Source: Monocercomonoides exilis PA203
Taxonomy: Eukaryota; Protista; Preaxostyla
Length of the DNA: 64,000 nucleotides
Direction of reading: 5' to 3'
NCBI GenBank assembly: GCA_001643675.2
Contig: LSRY02000037.1
Coordinates: forward strand, 744,001-808,000
Every line of letters starts with the position of its first letter. Position 1 is the stretch's first letter. Under the pieces are notes generated by a model, which was not told where the DNA came from, made no database searches, and worked only from the letters and a program-made list of their open reading frames with translations. A program made the translations under genes and the position numbers. This document shows positions 1 to 13,764 of this stretch, one piece after another.

Positions 1-2579
1 AATAACAATGAAGAAAGAAAGAGGAAAAAAAAAAAAAGAGAGAGAGAGAGAGAAGAGAGAGGAGGGATGATTATCCACACAATCACGAATCATCCGAGTT
101 CCCACAAAAACAAACATATTTATCAAGCAGCAAATGCTAAAACAACATTTGAAAAAACTATTAGTGCATCTTCTTTCTTTTTATCATCGTCAAGTTCCGC
201 TTTTGTTTTAACAAACCCAACAGTAGCATCTCTATCAACTTCTTCTTCAGCTGCCTCTGTGAAAACTTCCTTTGACGGCAGTGAGCCATGCCTCAGTTCA
301 ATCACACAAACAATTCCTTATCCTCTCTCTTCTTCCTCTCTGATTTCCATCTCCCGGCTCAACCCTCGTCTCTGCTGCCTCTTTATCCACTCCTGCACTC
401 ACCACAACACGCGCCTTCTTTTTATTACACACCCACACACTCACCCATTCACTCTTATGTGTTCTTCTCCATCGTTAACACCGCTTTTCCATGTATCGTT
501 CTTCTGTTATGCGGATGCCCTTTTGTTTGAGGTGGAGTTCTTCAGGCAGATGCTGGGAAGAAAGGAAAGAGAAGTCAACAGGAAGAAAATGAAGAATTTG
601 TATGGGAAAGAACAAACGATTGAATGATAAAAAGAAAAAGAGAAAAGAATTGAACATAAGGTTTATAAAAAAACAGAGAAAGATGGTATTTCTGAAAGCA
701 AAGTTGATCGTGTGATATATTTGGAGTCATTTGATGGAAGCAGAACATCATTTAGAGTTTAATACTTCGAAGAATAACAATTGTCTGGAAAAGTTATTTC
801 AGAGGAAGAGTTTTTATGTTCAATAACACAAACGAGGGAAGCAAAAGTGGCAGATTCGAATTCAATGAGGAAAAACATAAGAGGAAAGGGGCAATTTATT
901 ATCGAAGACAAAGAGGAAGAAGAGAGAAGGAAAAGCGAGCAGAGTGTTTTGAACGGAAGTGAGTCTGAAGTGTCGAAATCAGCTTCGTTGAAAGGCAGGC
1001 ATGCTTGTGACATATATTCAGTGATTCCATCATCATTTTCTTCTTATTCACAGTGCGTCAAAACGTTTTTCAGTGATCCAAAGGAAAAGACAAAAAAAGG
1101 CAGCTTAAAGAAAGAAATGCATCAAAGATAATGCGGTTCTGTTCATAGAAGACGAAAATTATTTCTTTGGATCAAAGAATACAACAAAAAGCAAAGCATA
1201 AACCTATCTGTTTCTCAGTCATCAGCCTTTGCTTCATATTCACCTCAGATTTCTTCCAGATATAGCACCTTCAGATGACAAGTGATTTGAAGAGGAAGAA
1301 AGCGATACAGCTGAAGATGGAGAAGATGCAGAAGAAAGAGGCAGTGAAGAAGAGAGAGGAGCTGCTGGAGGAAGAGAAAGAAAACTCAAAATAAAAACGG
1401 TCAAAGCTCGAAGATGAGCAGAAGAAGACACTGGAGCAGGCTGAGAAGAAGAAAGAGGTATTTGTTTCGTATCTGAAAAAGATGAAGATTGAAAGAAGTG
1501 AATCGAACTTCAAAAGCGAAGCGAACAAGAGGAAGATGTTGATGAAGGAGCATACCGAATCGCCTCCAGTTGTTTGGATAATGAAGATGCTTTTAATTTG
1601 AGATGATCTATCTTTTGATCGGCAGGCAGTTTATTTTGGAAGCTGTGCAGATGTCATTCAGAAGAAAATCGCATTTCTATCTATTGAAAAAGGGGAAGAT
1701 AATATTTCAGAAAACTTGGCTCCTTCAAAAGAACATCAAAAGAAGAATAAAAAGAAAAGCAAGATGAAAATTATGTTCCAAAAAAAAACAAAAACATTCT
1801 GAGCCAAAGCGAAGGAAAAATGCGAATGTGTTTTAAGATGTTTGATTTCAAAACTTGTTATTTTTCTTCTTTTGATCCTTATAAGAAAAACTCACTATTT
1901 GTAAGTTTTCTTTGTATTTCACAAGATAATCGTCAAACACAGCAAAAAAAGCGTGAAAGAAGCTTCTTCTTCTTTTCTTTCTTTAATTTCTTCTGCTAAT
2001 AGTGGTGAAGCTGAAGTTTCGCAGCCTTATTTGCCATTTCCAAGCACATCTGCTTCTTCTTCTTCTTCAAAGCCTCACCCGCATTCTCACTCCTCAAAGT
2101 CATCTCATTCAAAACCCAGATCATCAACAACTACCTTATCTCCTTCCTCAACAGCTGGACCAACTGCTTCATCATTGTCGTCGTCATCATCATCTTCTTC
2201 TATTTCATCTTCTTCGTCAGCCTCTCAAAATACATCTGTTTTCAAACAATTTCTTCATTGCCGCCAACCACTTACACAGACACACAAGAAGCACAGCGGC
2301 CACACACTCAAACCGATTTCTACTGCACATACATGCTCAACTCTCTCGCAAAATGCATCTGAAATCAAAAGGCAGAAGAAGAAGCCGGAAGCAAGTTAGA
2401 AGCGGAACTGGTCTCTTTCGTCTTCTTCAGAAAAGACTTGACTGACTATTTCGACATCTTCTCCACATTCATATGCAGTTGCATATTCTTCTTCTTCGTT
2501 TTCTTCGTCTTCCTCTTCTTCTTCTGTTCTTCAAGAAATACAGTGCTCGCTCCATTTCATCCTTCCTTCTTTTTTCCAC

Positions 2580-3441
2580 CACTGGATTAGCTGTGCTGAG
2601 ATGTGTGGGCAGAGAAGCACGATGGAAGACAGTGTGCTGCTGCTGCCTGTTGATGGATGTGACATAGAGAAGCTTGTGTGCGACGGAGAAGTGGGGGTTT
2701 TGGCTCGCATATTGAAATATCCGCAGGAGCTGATGTTTACTGAGAAAGGAATGAAGGCACTGGAAGACAGAGAGGATGAGATCTGGGCAAGGAGGATGAG
2801 AGAAAAGGAGAGAAAGAAAAAGGAAAGGATGGAAAGAAAGAGAAAAGAGGAGGGATGCGAAGGGAGAAATGGAGGGAGGAATAACTTTAAGGATGATACA
2901 GCCATTGAGAAATGCATCTGTAGCCAACTGATAATGTTTAAAAGAACAAGAATAAGACTCTTTTGTACGAATTCTGATCGGATGTTTGCTAGGGAGGTCA
3001 GGGCGTCGAAGAAGCAGGAGCAGCAGATCCAGAGGATGTTGACGATAGAAGGGGAGATGTGGTGGACGACTGAGGAGAGAGAAGCGCAGAGGAAGGAGGG
3101 GAGCCGCACTGATAGAAAGAGAAGCCAGTGTGCTGGTTAACGAATATCTGGTGAGCGCGGTGAAAGGTGACGCAGGCAGAGTCCAAAGCGAAGACTTTTC
3201 TGGATCCTGGAGCAGGCAGCCCAAAATCATCGGAGTCAGCCAGAACAGACGGGCAGATGGACACAACGTCAACTCCAGCGAGCAAAGAGAAAGTGAACGG
3301 AGGGATGCGAGTTCCGCGGAAGGGGATGCAGAAGCGATATGGAGAAAGGGGCGCTACAAGGATTCTGGAACTGTGGTTCAGCGCTTTATATTCATGCACC
3401 ATTTTGTTGTTCATATCCTTTCATGTGAAACTGGTTTTTAA
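2580..3441 (+). pseudogene. Degraded gene relic with a PP2C-like N-terminal motif
   Basis: Frame reads ISCAEMCGQRSTMEDSVLL, resembling PP2C motif 1 (G-x-R-x-x-M-E-D). The downstream sequence is broken across frames and lacks clear DGH/DG motifs. The whole 1-3500 region is fragmented. Confidence 0.35.
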
Positions 3442-4139
3442 CCAATCTGTTCTCAAAACGAATAGGCAGACAAAAGCAGAGCATCTAAGGATGCAGATAA
3501 CTGGATGACATATAATTTATGAGAAGAAGATAGAGAGAATCAGAGGAGAAACAAAGAGAGGAAGATAAAATGAAGATGTTCGTGCGATAGAAGCTTTTTT
3601 AGTGGAAAAAGCAAAAATTGACGAATTTCTTTTCATTTTTTAATATTTTCTTTATTTATCTTAAACTTTGTTTGATATTTAGATAATAATTAAATAATTC
3701 CTAGATTATTTGTTTTCAAACAAACTTATCAACAAACAGTTGATAGCTTGATGAGTGTCTTATGTTACTATTAAATTTTTGCGTGAGTGTTAATGTGAAT
3801 TGATAAATTCAACAAATGTTTTAAGATCTTCAAAATTAATTTAAAAATTTCTTTACAATAACATCACAAAATTAATTTTAATCTTAAAAATTGATAAATT
3901 ACGTATTGTTATTATTGTTTTTATGTTTTATAAACCAGTTAACTTATGTTTTATTAGGTTTATCGAATTTTCGATTTGTTTTTTTGAAATTATTTTTTTT
4001 TCTCGATATTTGAAATAAAAACAATTGGAAACAAATTAAAATCAACAAATAATTAATAATGATGATGCATTCAACTCTTATTTCATATAACTTCAAATTA
4101 AAACTTTCTTTTCAACATCACCCATTATGAAAATTTTTT

Positions 4140-5014
4140 ATGATCAAACCGTTATTTTTTATGATATCAAAAAAAATCACCCATATATATTCATCAGATT
4201 CTTCGTTCAACTCTTTGAATTCTGAAATTTCCACGACGTCTTCTGCTGTCTCATGTTCAACATCTGAAATGCCTCAATCTTTTTCTTTATCTTCCAAATC
4301 AAATTCATCGTCTGCATTCTTGCCTCTCTCGAAATCAAGTTTCACAAATCAAAATCAATCTCCTTCTTCTTCTTCACTTTTTTCTCCTTCATCTTCCGTT
4401 CATCTCGCTTCGTTAACAAGTTCAAATCCTCGATCCCCTTCATCAATTCTCAATTCTTCTTTTTCTTTGGCTTTTTCACCTGTTCCAAATACATGTTCAC
4501 AGAATTCCACAAACACGTCTTGTATAACTTCGTGCTCAGACAACGATTCAATACATCCCTGCGCATCACACACTCCTCTTCCTTCTGCAAATGCAAGAAA
4601 CTCTATGACCTATTCCACTTGTAACAAAAGTCAATCTCAAGACAGAATGGAAAAGTCAATCGAAAATTTCAATAAAAATCTAGCAAAATTCAGAATCCCA
4701 GTGAAATGGTTTTTTTTGCCCACTTAAAAAGTTATGGCTCAGACTGTCGGATAAGTATACAGGTGGAAAACAGAATATTGATGCAGATGCAAAAATAGCA
4801 TGTTGGCTAACCAACATCGTTATTGACAGTAATTCTTTGGAACCAGCTGATGGAGTATTCTATCGAAAAGTGACAGAATACTCCATCAGAAAAGAGATGG
4901 TAAAAAAATTGATAAAGGAGATCAACTCAAAAGCTAGTTCAGAAAGAAAATTGATAAGAAAAATGTCAAATTCTTTAAGCACCAACAGTTTTCCAATTCC
5001 TCGAAATACTAATT
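4140..5014 (+). pseudogene. Ser-rich hypothetical ORF followed by stop-interrupted coding-like sequence
   Basis: 195-aa Ser-rich ORF 4140-4727. Coding-like composition continues to about 5014 with stops. No domain recognised. Confidence 0.25.
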
Positions 5015-5549
5015 AATTATCTCAATTGTTACTTTTTCCGAAAATTTTTTTTGAATGCTTTTTTAACATGTCATCTGAATTCATGAGAAGTAATGTCAGG
5101 TTTTCTTAGCTATCATTAAATACACTCAAATAAAACATTTTCACCACTTGTTTGTGACTTATTATTTCCTGTTTCTCCAAACTCTTCCAATAATATTTTT
5201 CGAACATTTTTTGGCAACTAATCAAAAATTTTCTATCTCCAAATTGTTGAACATTATTAATTGTGAATGTCTTTTTTCATAGAATTAATAAAACTATTTT
5301 TATTTTTTGACATCCTTTTAGCTATATAAAAAAGGGGGAAAAAATTGTGAAAAATATGAGATCTTCCACAAATAAATTTAACTTGAAATTTGTTGGTGGA
5401 ACTTAAAATAACTGCCTTATTTTCAATTTTTCTGAGAAATTTCAAAATTACTCGATTATTTCAAAATAACATATACGAATTTCAAAATTTTTCGAAAATT
5501 TCACAATTACACAAATATTGTGCAATTCATCTATTGAAGTTAGAAATCA

Positions 5550-5551
<2 letters not shown>

Positions 5552-5610
<59 letters not shown>
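5552..5610. repeat. Poly(T) homopolymer, 59 nt
   Basis: Counted directly; lies about 320 bp 3' of the A34-like gene stop. Confidence 0.95.
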
Positions 5611-5931
5611 CATAGTGATAATTCAAAAGGAACTTTCTTCATAAATTCAACTGAACAAATAACATTTCATTCATTCAAAAAATCAAAAAAGTTGAAAAGA
5701 AAAAAATAACAATTAACGTAATGCTGTTAAATAGAATAGATAACTATTCATCAAACGTTTGTCTTTTATGTTTTTTAGTTATCTCAATTCAGTTGTTGAA
5801 ACATCTTCAAAAATTTTGCTTTGAACTTTATATATTTTTTGATAAAAATATAAATAATAAAATAAAAATATTGTAAATGAATAAGAAGATTAAGAATTTA
5901 ATCCAACGATGCGCTTTGAAATGAAAAGAGT

Positions 5932-6894
5932 TCACAAATATTCATCTTTTATTTTTTCATTTTCCTTTTCAGTTGTACTTCTCTTCATCTTTTTTTCTGT
6001 TTCTTTTTTTCTTTTTTCTTCCTTCTTTTTCTTATCCTTGTGTTTGTTATGTTCTTTATGTTTCTTCTCCACCTTTTCTTCGTTGTCATTGCTTTTTGTT
6101 ATTCCAACGTTTTCAGAGCTTTTTGCTTCGCCTTCTTCTTTTATTCTCAATTCTTTGAGATCTTTTTTTATTTTCTTTTCTTTTGAATGCTTCAAAACTG
6201 ATGGTGTTAAAAATTCGTCCTTTAGTTTGCCTTCTTTATCTTTAGTGACAGATGAATACGAAATGAGTGGAATTTCGTGTCCATATCCGACGGGAGGTGT
6301 CCGAAGTTTCAGTCCTTCTTTTTCAGATGGAATTGGTCTGTGAATTCCAGATTCCACTGTAAGTGTGGGTTTTGCAGCATTTGTACCAATTGTAATGCTT
6401 CTAGTAAACCTGGGACCTTGAAAAATTGTTAGAAAAAAAAAACAAATATTATTTCTCTCAAACCAAGAAACCAATGCAATTCATCCTCAGAGTAAACAAG
6501 AGGATATGTATTATACAACTCTTCATCTAAATTTTCAATAAGTCTGATGTCTTCATGTGTTGTATCTTTCTTTTTTTTCCCATCTTTCTCTTTCTTTTTC
6601 GAAGAAAGAGATTCATTTTCAGTATTCATCTTTTCGCATTTTGGAAGAATGCAGGAGCAAAGATCATCATCATCAAACGGACTCAGTAATTTATTTTTAG
6701 GTAGCTTTATATTAGAAAGCTTGTGAACATCAAACTAATTAATATCAAATAGTGAAAAAACATAAGATCAAATAATTATGAAAACAAACGTCAGAAGGGA
6801 ATTTTATAAGCCAAAATTCAGTATCATCATCACCTTCGCGTATAAAAAATTGATTGTCAGGATGCTTTATGAGATTTAAATCTTTAGGAATCAT
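5932..6894 (-). CDS. RPA34: Putative RNA polymerase I subunit A34.5/PAF49 (RNA_polI_A34 family), 3 exons
   Basis: Exons 6894-6790, 6734-6464 and 6416-5932 joined by in-phase GT-AG introns. The protein has EFWLIKFPSDFDVHKLSNIKLP (A34 WLIxxPxxFD motif), KEGLKLRTPPVG (GLKxRFxPFG-like) and a Lys-rich C-terminal tail. Confidence 0.7.
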
Positions 6895-7071
6895 GAAATG
6901 AAAAAAATAAATAGAAATTGACCCATTGTTTCAAATTTTCAGAAAAGAACAAACAAAAACAAGTGAAGTGATTTTAAATGAAATGAGCATATTGTCTTAT
7001 CACAAATTTTGGAGATATGATTCGTTTAAGTTTTCCATAATAATATTGAAATTCTTTTTTTCAGTTAATTT

Positions 7072-7338
7072 CTACAATTTTGAAGGTTTAACCATCTGTT
7101 CTGCTGTTTGCCTCGAAACCTTTTGATCAGTGTTCTGTGGGATGGCTTGTGTTGAATATGATGAATTTTTCCCAAGAGGAGGATAGCAAGTGAAAACAAT
7201 ATCTCTTATTGATGGGCCTAAATCTGGCTTTCCAAAAAGCATTTGTGAATGGCTCGTCATTTGATAGTTTTCAACTTTTGTTACAAGCTCGGCAAATGAT
7301 GAATCTGCTTTTGTAGCATCAAATTTCTCCAAATCCAT
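7072..7338 (-). CDS. Small hypothetical protein (88 aa) ending in -SKL
   Basis: ATG at 7338 to TAG at 7072, with non-repetitive coding-like composition between two genes. No recognised domain. Confidence 0.45.
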   Translation of the reverse strand: MDLEKFDATKADSSFAELVTKVENYQMTSHSQMLFGKPDLGPSIRDIVFTCYPPLGKNSSYSTQAIPQNTDQKVSRQTAEQMVKPSKL

Positions 7339-7434
7339 ACTCAATGTTATCAATCAAAAATGATGGCTTTGATCAAATTTTTCTGATTAATATTATTTTT
7401 TTTTCGAAAATAATAAATAAATAATAAAAATAAG

Positions 7435-10400
7435 TTATGCATGATCCAGTGAAAATCCTCCTCCAACGAAGCGCGGACCAGATGCAACGGGAGGAGAGGC
7501 ATTTGCAGCTTTTTCCCTTTCCCTAATTTCTCTATCTTTTTCAATTAATTTTTGCTCTCTCTTTTTCGTTGCAAAATATTTTTCTTTCATTTCTTGATTT
7601 TCTTGTGTTTTAGATTGAAGTTCATATTGATATTCCTCCATCTGTGCATGTGCAAAGTTCAATTCAGCAGCAAGAGCCTACAAAAAAATATATCAAATAA
7701 TTTAAAAATATCAAAAAATAATTTTTTCATAAAGTAAATAAATAAATGAAAAAATTAATTAATTAAGAAATTAATAAACATTTAAATAAATGAAAAAATA
7801 AATGAATAAAAGAATAAATAAAAAGTTAAGTTTTCCATGAATAGTTTATTCATGCCTTTAGCTGTTTCGTCCTCTCTCTCATAGCTGCCTGCAGTGCATT
7901 GAGCTGCTTCGAAGCTTCCACCCCTGGCTGTCTCTTCAGCACCTCCTTGAGATGGTCATACATCTTTTCCTTCTCCTCCAGCTCCAGGTTCTTCTTCATC
8001 ACCTCCTCCGTCTTCGCAATCAGCCTCTTCTGCAGCGTCTTGATCTTCATCACCATGTCAAACATAGAAGGATCTGAGCCTTCCAGCAGCTTCCACCTGT
8101 GCACATTCATCGGGTTCTCCAGCTCTTCTGCCATCGCCTGAGACTTCGACTTCTCCGCCTGCAGCTCCTGCTGCAGCCTTATCACCTCTCTTTTCAGCTC
8201 ATCCACATTGCCCACCCGCCCTGACAGGATCATCACCTGGTTCTTCAGCTCAGATATTTTGAACTTCAACAGCCGAATGTCTTCGATTCTCTCGTTGTAC
8301 TGCACCTCTCCTTTCGACAGATAGCTCTGTTGGATCTTGATCTTCTCATACAGCAACGCCAGCTCATCATTCCGGCGGATGAGTTGAGAACCCAAAATGT
8401 CCCTCTCCTGCATCACTGCCTTGTACTGCTCACGCAGCTGGCGCACTTGCACTTCTGACGTCGCAATGATGTGGTCCAGCTTTTTGATCTCTTTTTCCTG
8501 AAATAAACAAAATAAATAAATAAAATAAAATAAAATAAAATAAAATAAAAATAAAAATAAAAAAGGATTAGAAAATTATCTTTCAAATAAATAACTTCTT
8601 TTCTTAATCTCTTTTTTTCTTTCTTTTCCTCTTTCTCTTTCCTCCCCTCCTCTTTTTCAAAAACCAAACCTCAGCAGCCACCGTCTCCTCCGACGTCTTG
8701 AGCTGCCTGCACAGATCTCCAATCTCCTTCTCCTTCGTCTGCACCTCATTCACCACTTTGTCCAGATCATGCTTCAGCACAACACACGTCTCACTCTTAA
8801 TCTTGTTCTCGTCCTTCAGCTGCACCAGCTGCTGGTCCATCAGAGAAAACTTCCGTCGATACTCCGCCAGCGCCTCCTGCGCGCTCATCAGATTCCGATT
8901 CGCCAGATTCCTCTCTGCCCTCACCGTCTCATACAGCGACTGCTGCTGCTTCAGCTTCGCTATCAGCTGCCCCCTCTCTTTCTGCTGGTCTGCTATACGC
9001 AAGTCTCGTATCTTCAGATCAGCTATCGCCTGTTTCCATTCTTCCCGGCTCTGGTTGTGCAGCGTCGCATATTTGATCTTCGACTTCTCCAGCTCCATTA
9101 TCCGGTTCCTCAGATCCTGAAGGTCTTTTCTTGCTTTCTCTATTTGTGCCTGCAACGCCTTCTTCTCTTCGATCTCTTCCACTTTCTCCTCTTCGATCTG
9201 ATCTTTCTTCTGCACCGCCCCCACCAGCTTCTGATCCATCAGATTCAGCTTCTTTGCCATCCCTTCGTTCAGCTGCTCCTTCTCACTCAGCTCATTCTCC
9301 AGCACTGCCATCTCGTGCTCCATCATCTTAATCTTCTCCTCCAGCTCCTTCTTCTCCGTCTCCACTTTGTGCGTCTTGTCCTCTGCTGTCCGTGTCATCT
9401 TCACCCACCTCTGCACCTCCCTCTCAATATCCTTCTGCTTCTGCGACGAAACCTGCAAGTCCTTCTCTTTCCCCCTCTTCTCTTGCTCCAACTGCGCAAT
9501 CGTCTTCTGCTGCTGCGTCAGATCTCCATCCCTCTTCTCTATCTCCTTCTCCAGCCGTGTGTTCCTCTCTTTCTCTCTGAAGTAGTTGTTCCGCATCGTC
9601 TCAATCTCCGTCAGCGCTTTCGACTTTGCGTCTCGCAGCTCCTTCGCCTCTTTCTGCGCTGCCCTCAGCTGCTCATTCCTCATTGTGATCTCATAATCCC
9701 TCTGCTGCAGCTGCTCTTCTTGCTCGTGAAGTGACTTTTCCTGCCCGTCACAGCGCCTGCGGAGCTTTTCAATGTCTCCTTCTTTCTCTTTCATTTTCTT
9801 TGCTCCCGCATCCACCTCGCGTTGAAGCCTCAATATCTCGCTTTCTAACTTATGTGTTTTTTCCATGCTTTCCAGAGCTTCTTTCTTTTGTTGCGTAATT
9901 TGCTGTGAAAGCTGATCCCTTTCTGATACAAGCTCGTCTCTCACACGTTGCAACTCTTGAATGACAGCTTCTTGTTCAGCAGAAGCAGATGGTCCTTGAT
10001 CAACAAGTTTGCTAAGATTTGTGATTTCAGCTTTGAGTTGCTCAATTGTTTCTTTCGCTAATTTTTCCTTTTCTCTTGAAGCATTGACCATTTTGAAGCA
10101 TGTGTCAACTTCCTAAAAATTTTTAGTTTTAATTATGCAAAGAAATTTATATAAATTAAAAAATATTGATGTTTAAGAAAAACCTTTCTAAGAGCCGCAA
10201 TTGTTTCGCTATCCTTTTGTGATAAAGTCAGAGCTGCTTTAACTTTTGTTGCGTTGCTAACAATTTCTGCATTTAATTCATGGCATCTTCTAATCAATCT
10301 TTTTTCACTTTCATGACTTTTTTGCAAAGCACGATAAAGTTTTTCATATTCTTGTCTAAAACGATCCAATGAGGTATCTCCCACAAGTTGCGCTAGAACT

Positions 10401-10588
10401 TCATTAAAATCTTTTTCAAATGATTCGAATGCATTTGCCTGAAAGGCTGCCATTCCATCAAAGCTCTTTTATATTTGGTAATTCATATTTACAAATTTTT
10501 ACAAAGAAATCTACAAATAAATGTCAACCTTATCATCATGGCCTTCTTTAAGCTCATCAGCCACAGTTGTTTGTTCTCCTTCAGACAT
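7435..10588 (-). CDS. CFAP58: Cilia- and flagella-associated coiled-coil protein 58 (CCDC147/FAP189), 5 exons
   Basis: Hallmark segments AFESFEKDF..FRQEYEKL..EKRLIRRCHELNAEIV, ERDILGSQLIRRNDELALLYEKIKIQ, EELENPMNVHRWKLLEGSDP and C-terminal PRFVGGGF. Approximate exons 10588-10529, 10465-10184, 10112-8670, 8498-7856, 7677-7435. Confidence 0.95.
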
Positions 10589-10661
10589 ATTTTCAATTTT
10601 AGAAAACGGTTATAATAGAAGTAATTAAGAGTATGGGTATGCATTGATCAAGTTTAACAGA

Positions 10662-10841
10662 TGAGACGAAATTTTTTGATCTGTGAATATTGTTCCATTT
10701 AAGGCTTTCAAAGATTTCTCTCAACTATATAATATTTGTACATTTTTCCCCCATGAAAATGGAAAAATAATTAACAAAAATATGCAGAAAAAGTTTGGAA
10801 CAAATCATTGCTTTTTTCATAAATGAAAGAATTTTGTCCCA
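10662..10841. repeat. Dispersed bipartite element, copy A (18-bp-spacer and 28-bp-spacer inverted half-site pairs)
   Basis: tgagacgaa-N18-attgttcca (10662-10697), a 98-bp gap, then tggaacaaa-N28-tttgtccca (10796-10841). Same geometry as 51696-51874. Confidence 0.7.
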
Positions 10842-12764
10842 GATCTTTTGAAAACATAAATTTTAGAATTTTGTATTTCATAATTTTTATAAATCAAAGT
10901 ATTTACGAATAACACGAAAATTTTTCAAATTCCTTTTTGATTAATTTATATGAACTTAAACAGATTTAATTGATTTCATCTTTTTCGCTCTTTAATGTTT
11001 GTATTTGATTTTTGAAAAATGAAAAAATATTCAAAAAGTTGTTTTTCAGATGCTTCTTTCAAAATGTTAATTGCTGTTTCGAAAATGAGACAAAAATATA
11101 ATGTCGATGAAAAAATCGAGAAAAAATTGATTTATATTGTGGTGTGTGTAATAACAGAACTTAAACATGATGCAAACGTTGAACGATGAAAAGAAATAAA
11201 AAGGCAGCCATAATCGATAAAACTTTATCCTTCATTATGTTTCATCTATAAAAAAGCACAATGCAACTATTACATTATTGTTGATCTTCAACAAATATAA
11301 CATAATCGAATATCCGTTTGCTAATAAAAGTGGCTTAATTGAAAGCAAGACAAAGCACATATGTCTTCAAAAACCCTTAGATTGAAACGAAACCGCAATT
11401 AAAGTCGTTGACAACGGGTACAAAAACGCAGGAATTGAAAAAAAAAAAGATATTTGAATAAAAATTAGAACAAAGTTGTTGCACAACAGGCTCTGCTTTA
11501 AGGGATTTAACGAACAAAAGAAATCAAAATACAAACATAACAAATTTGAGACGCATAACAAATGAAAAAAACAACCCATTAAAATAAATCATTTTGTAAA
11601 ATAAAAAAAATGATTTTGTAGCCCATCATCATTTTTTAGTGATTATCAAAAATAAAGAGAGCAAGTGCTAGTAACAGTATCCGGTGGTGTGGAGTGGTGT
11701 GATGCTAATGTTACATATCCTTATGGCATGACTGGTTTGCGATGAAGGGTTTGGAGGGTTCATCGGAGAAATTATAAGAATTCAAATAAAAAAAGGTGGA
11801 GTGGCCGGAAATTCTTGGAGATGGTGTGAGAATTGCCGGAATGAAGGGATGAATTGAAATCTGCAAACATTTCAAATTCTTTTTTAATTCTGGGTTTTTG
11901 TTATTTCTTTTTCCTCAAATAAAAATAGGGAGAAAATTAAAAACAATATAAATAACTTGATCTGAAAAAAAGATGGAAAGAAAGGAAAGATAAACAGAAA
12001 GAGTGAGATAGACAAATAGATTGACAGAAAGAAAAAGAAATGCTTGCAGACGAAATTAACTACAGAAGGTTGAATTAAAAATACGCATCATATTATTTTT
12101 TTTTCTTCTTTTGAGTTATAAGAACAGCAAAGAAGCGAACAATAAGAATTATTTTGTTCATTTTTCTTTTTTTCTTTTTTCTTTTTTTTTCTTTTTTTCT
12201 ATCAACAACAATAAACAAATTGGCTTAAATAATCCAAAAATTAAAGAATAAAATAAAAAAATACAAAAAAAAGAGGAATAAAGAGAGAGAAAGAGAGAGA
12301 GATAGAGAGAGAGAGAGAGATAAACAAAAATAGTTTGAGAGAAACAAAAGAAGAGAAGATTAAATTGACGATTGTTAAACTCAAAGAACAACAATGAAAA
12401 AGAAGTTTATCAAAATAAAAAAATAAAAATTATATTTCCTGTTAAAAGAAGAGGAACAATATGAAAAAAGAGATAAAAGAAGCATAACTAACTTCAATAA
12501 ACAGAAATAACATATAAATAAATAAATAAATAAACTAATAAATAATATAAATACAAAAAAAATGAATTATATTTCGGAATTGATTTTAAGAAAAAATGGG
12601 GGGAAAAAAAGAAAAGAAAGAAAGAAAGAAAGAAAAAATCGAAAAAGATTGAGATTTGCAACTAAAAAAGGTGAATGTGATAAAAATTGTGAATGTGAAA
12701 TTTTTATATCTCTTGCACAATTAATAATAATATTATTAATATTAATATTATTTTTATTATAAAG

Positions 12765-12795
<31 letters not shown>

Positions 12796-13764
12796 TAATA
12801 ATAATATTGTTATTGAAAGCAACAAATAAAAGAAATAAGTTTTTTTTTTTTTAAAAAAAAAAGGGGGGAAAATGAAAAGTTAAAGAAAAAGATAAAAAAA
12901 AAATTAAATTAAAATTAAAATTAAAAATTAATTCCTTCGATATTCCAATTCAAACAATTGAAAAGAACGAACATAAAAAAACAATATGGAAATAAATTAT
13001 CAAATACGCAACATCTCAAATATCAATTCATTTTTTTATAAAATCAAAAAGGAAAAAGAAAAAACAAATAGCAAAATAAAATTAAACATGATGAAAATTC
13101 AAAGAAACACAAACAATAAATAAAATAAAAACATTTTATTTTTCATATTTAATTGAGAAATAGATGGAAGCACAGTTTTAAACAAAAGAGAATGAGAGAG
13201 AAAGAGAGAGAGAGAAAAAGAAAGAGAAAGAGAAAGAGAATGAAATGTATGGCGAATATATTCGCAATACTAACAAAGTTAAGACCGACAAACAATCGTC
13301 TAAAAAAAAAAAATAACAATGAAAAGATTAAATAAGAATGAATAAGAGAAATTAAGATTGAATAACACGCAAATAGATTAATAGATGAAGAGATGAAGAG
13401 ATGAAGAAGAGAGTGAGAAACAATAGATAAGATGAAATTAATTAGTTAAGAGAAGATCAGAGATAAGAAAAATAGAAGAGAAGAATAGAAGATGAAGACA
13501 ACGATAAGATCAAGAATAAGAACAAGAATAAGAACAAGATTTGCATCTCTTTATTTTTTGGATTAAAAGCCATTCATATATAAGGATTTTAAAAAAGAAA
13601 AAAAACATTATCACACAAATTAATAATTCAACAATAGGAAATCGTTCCTCTATTCAAAAGCAGAAATATCACCTCTTCCTCATCATTATCATCAGGAAAG
13701 AAAAAATTTCTTTTTCTTCCTCAACTTTTTTTCTGATTTAAGAAGAAAAAATTCAAGTTCCTTC

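Noticed and set aside
5552-5610. Poly(A) tail of a retrocopy or SINE
   Set aside because: The adjacent gene retains introns and no TSD was evident; treated as a simple homopolymer.
8698-9734. 321-aa Leu-rich plus-strand ORF and neighbours
   Set aside because: Antisense to the CFAP58 coiled-coil exon.
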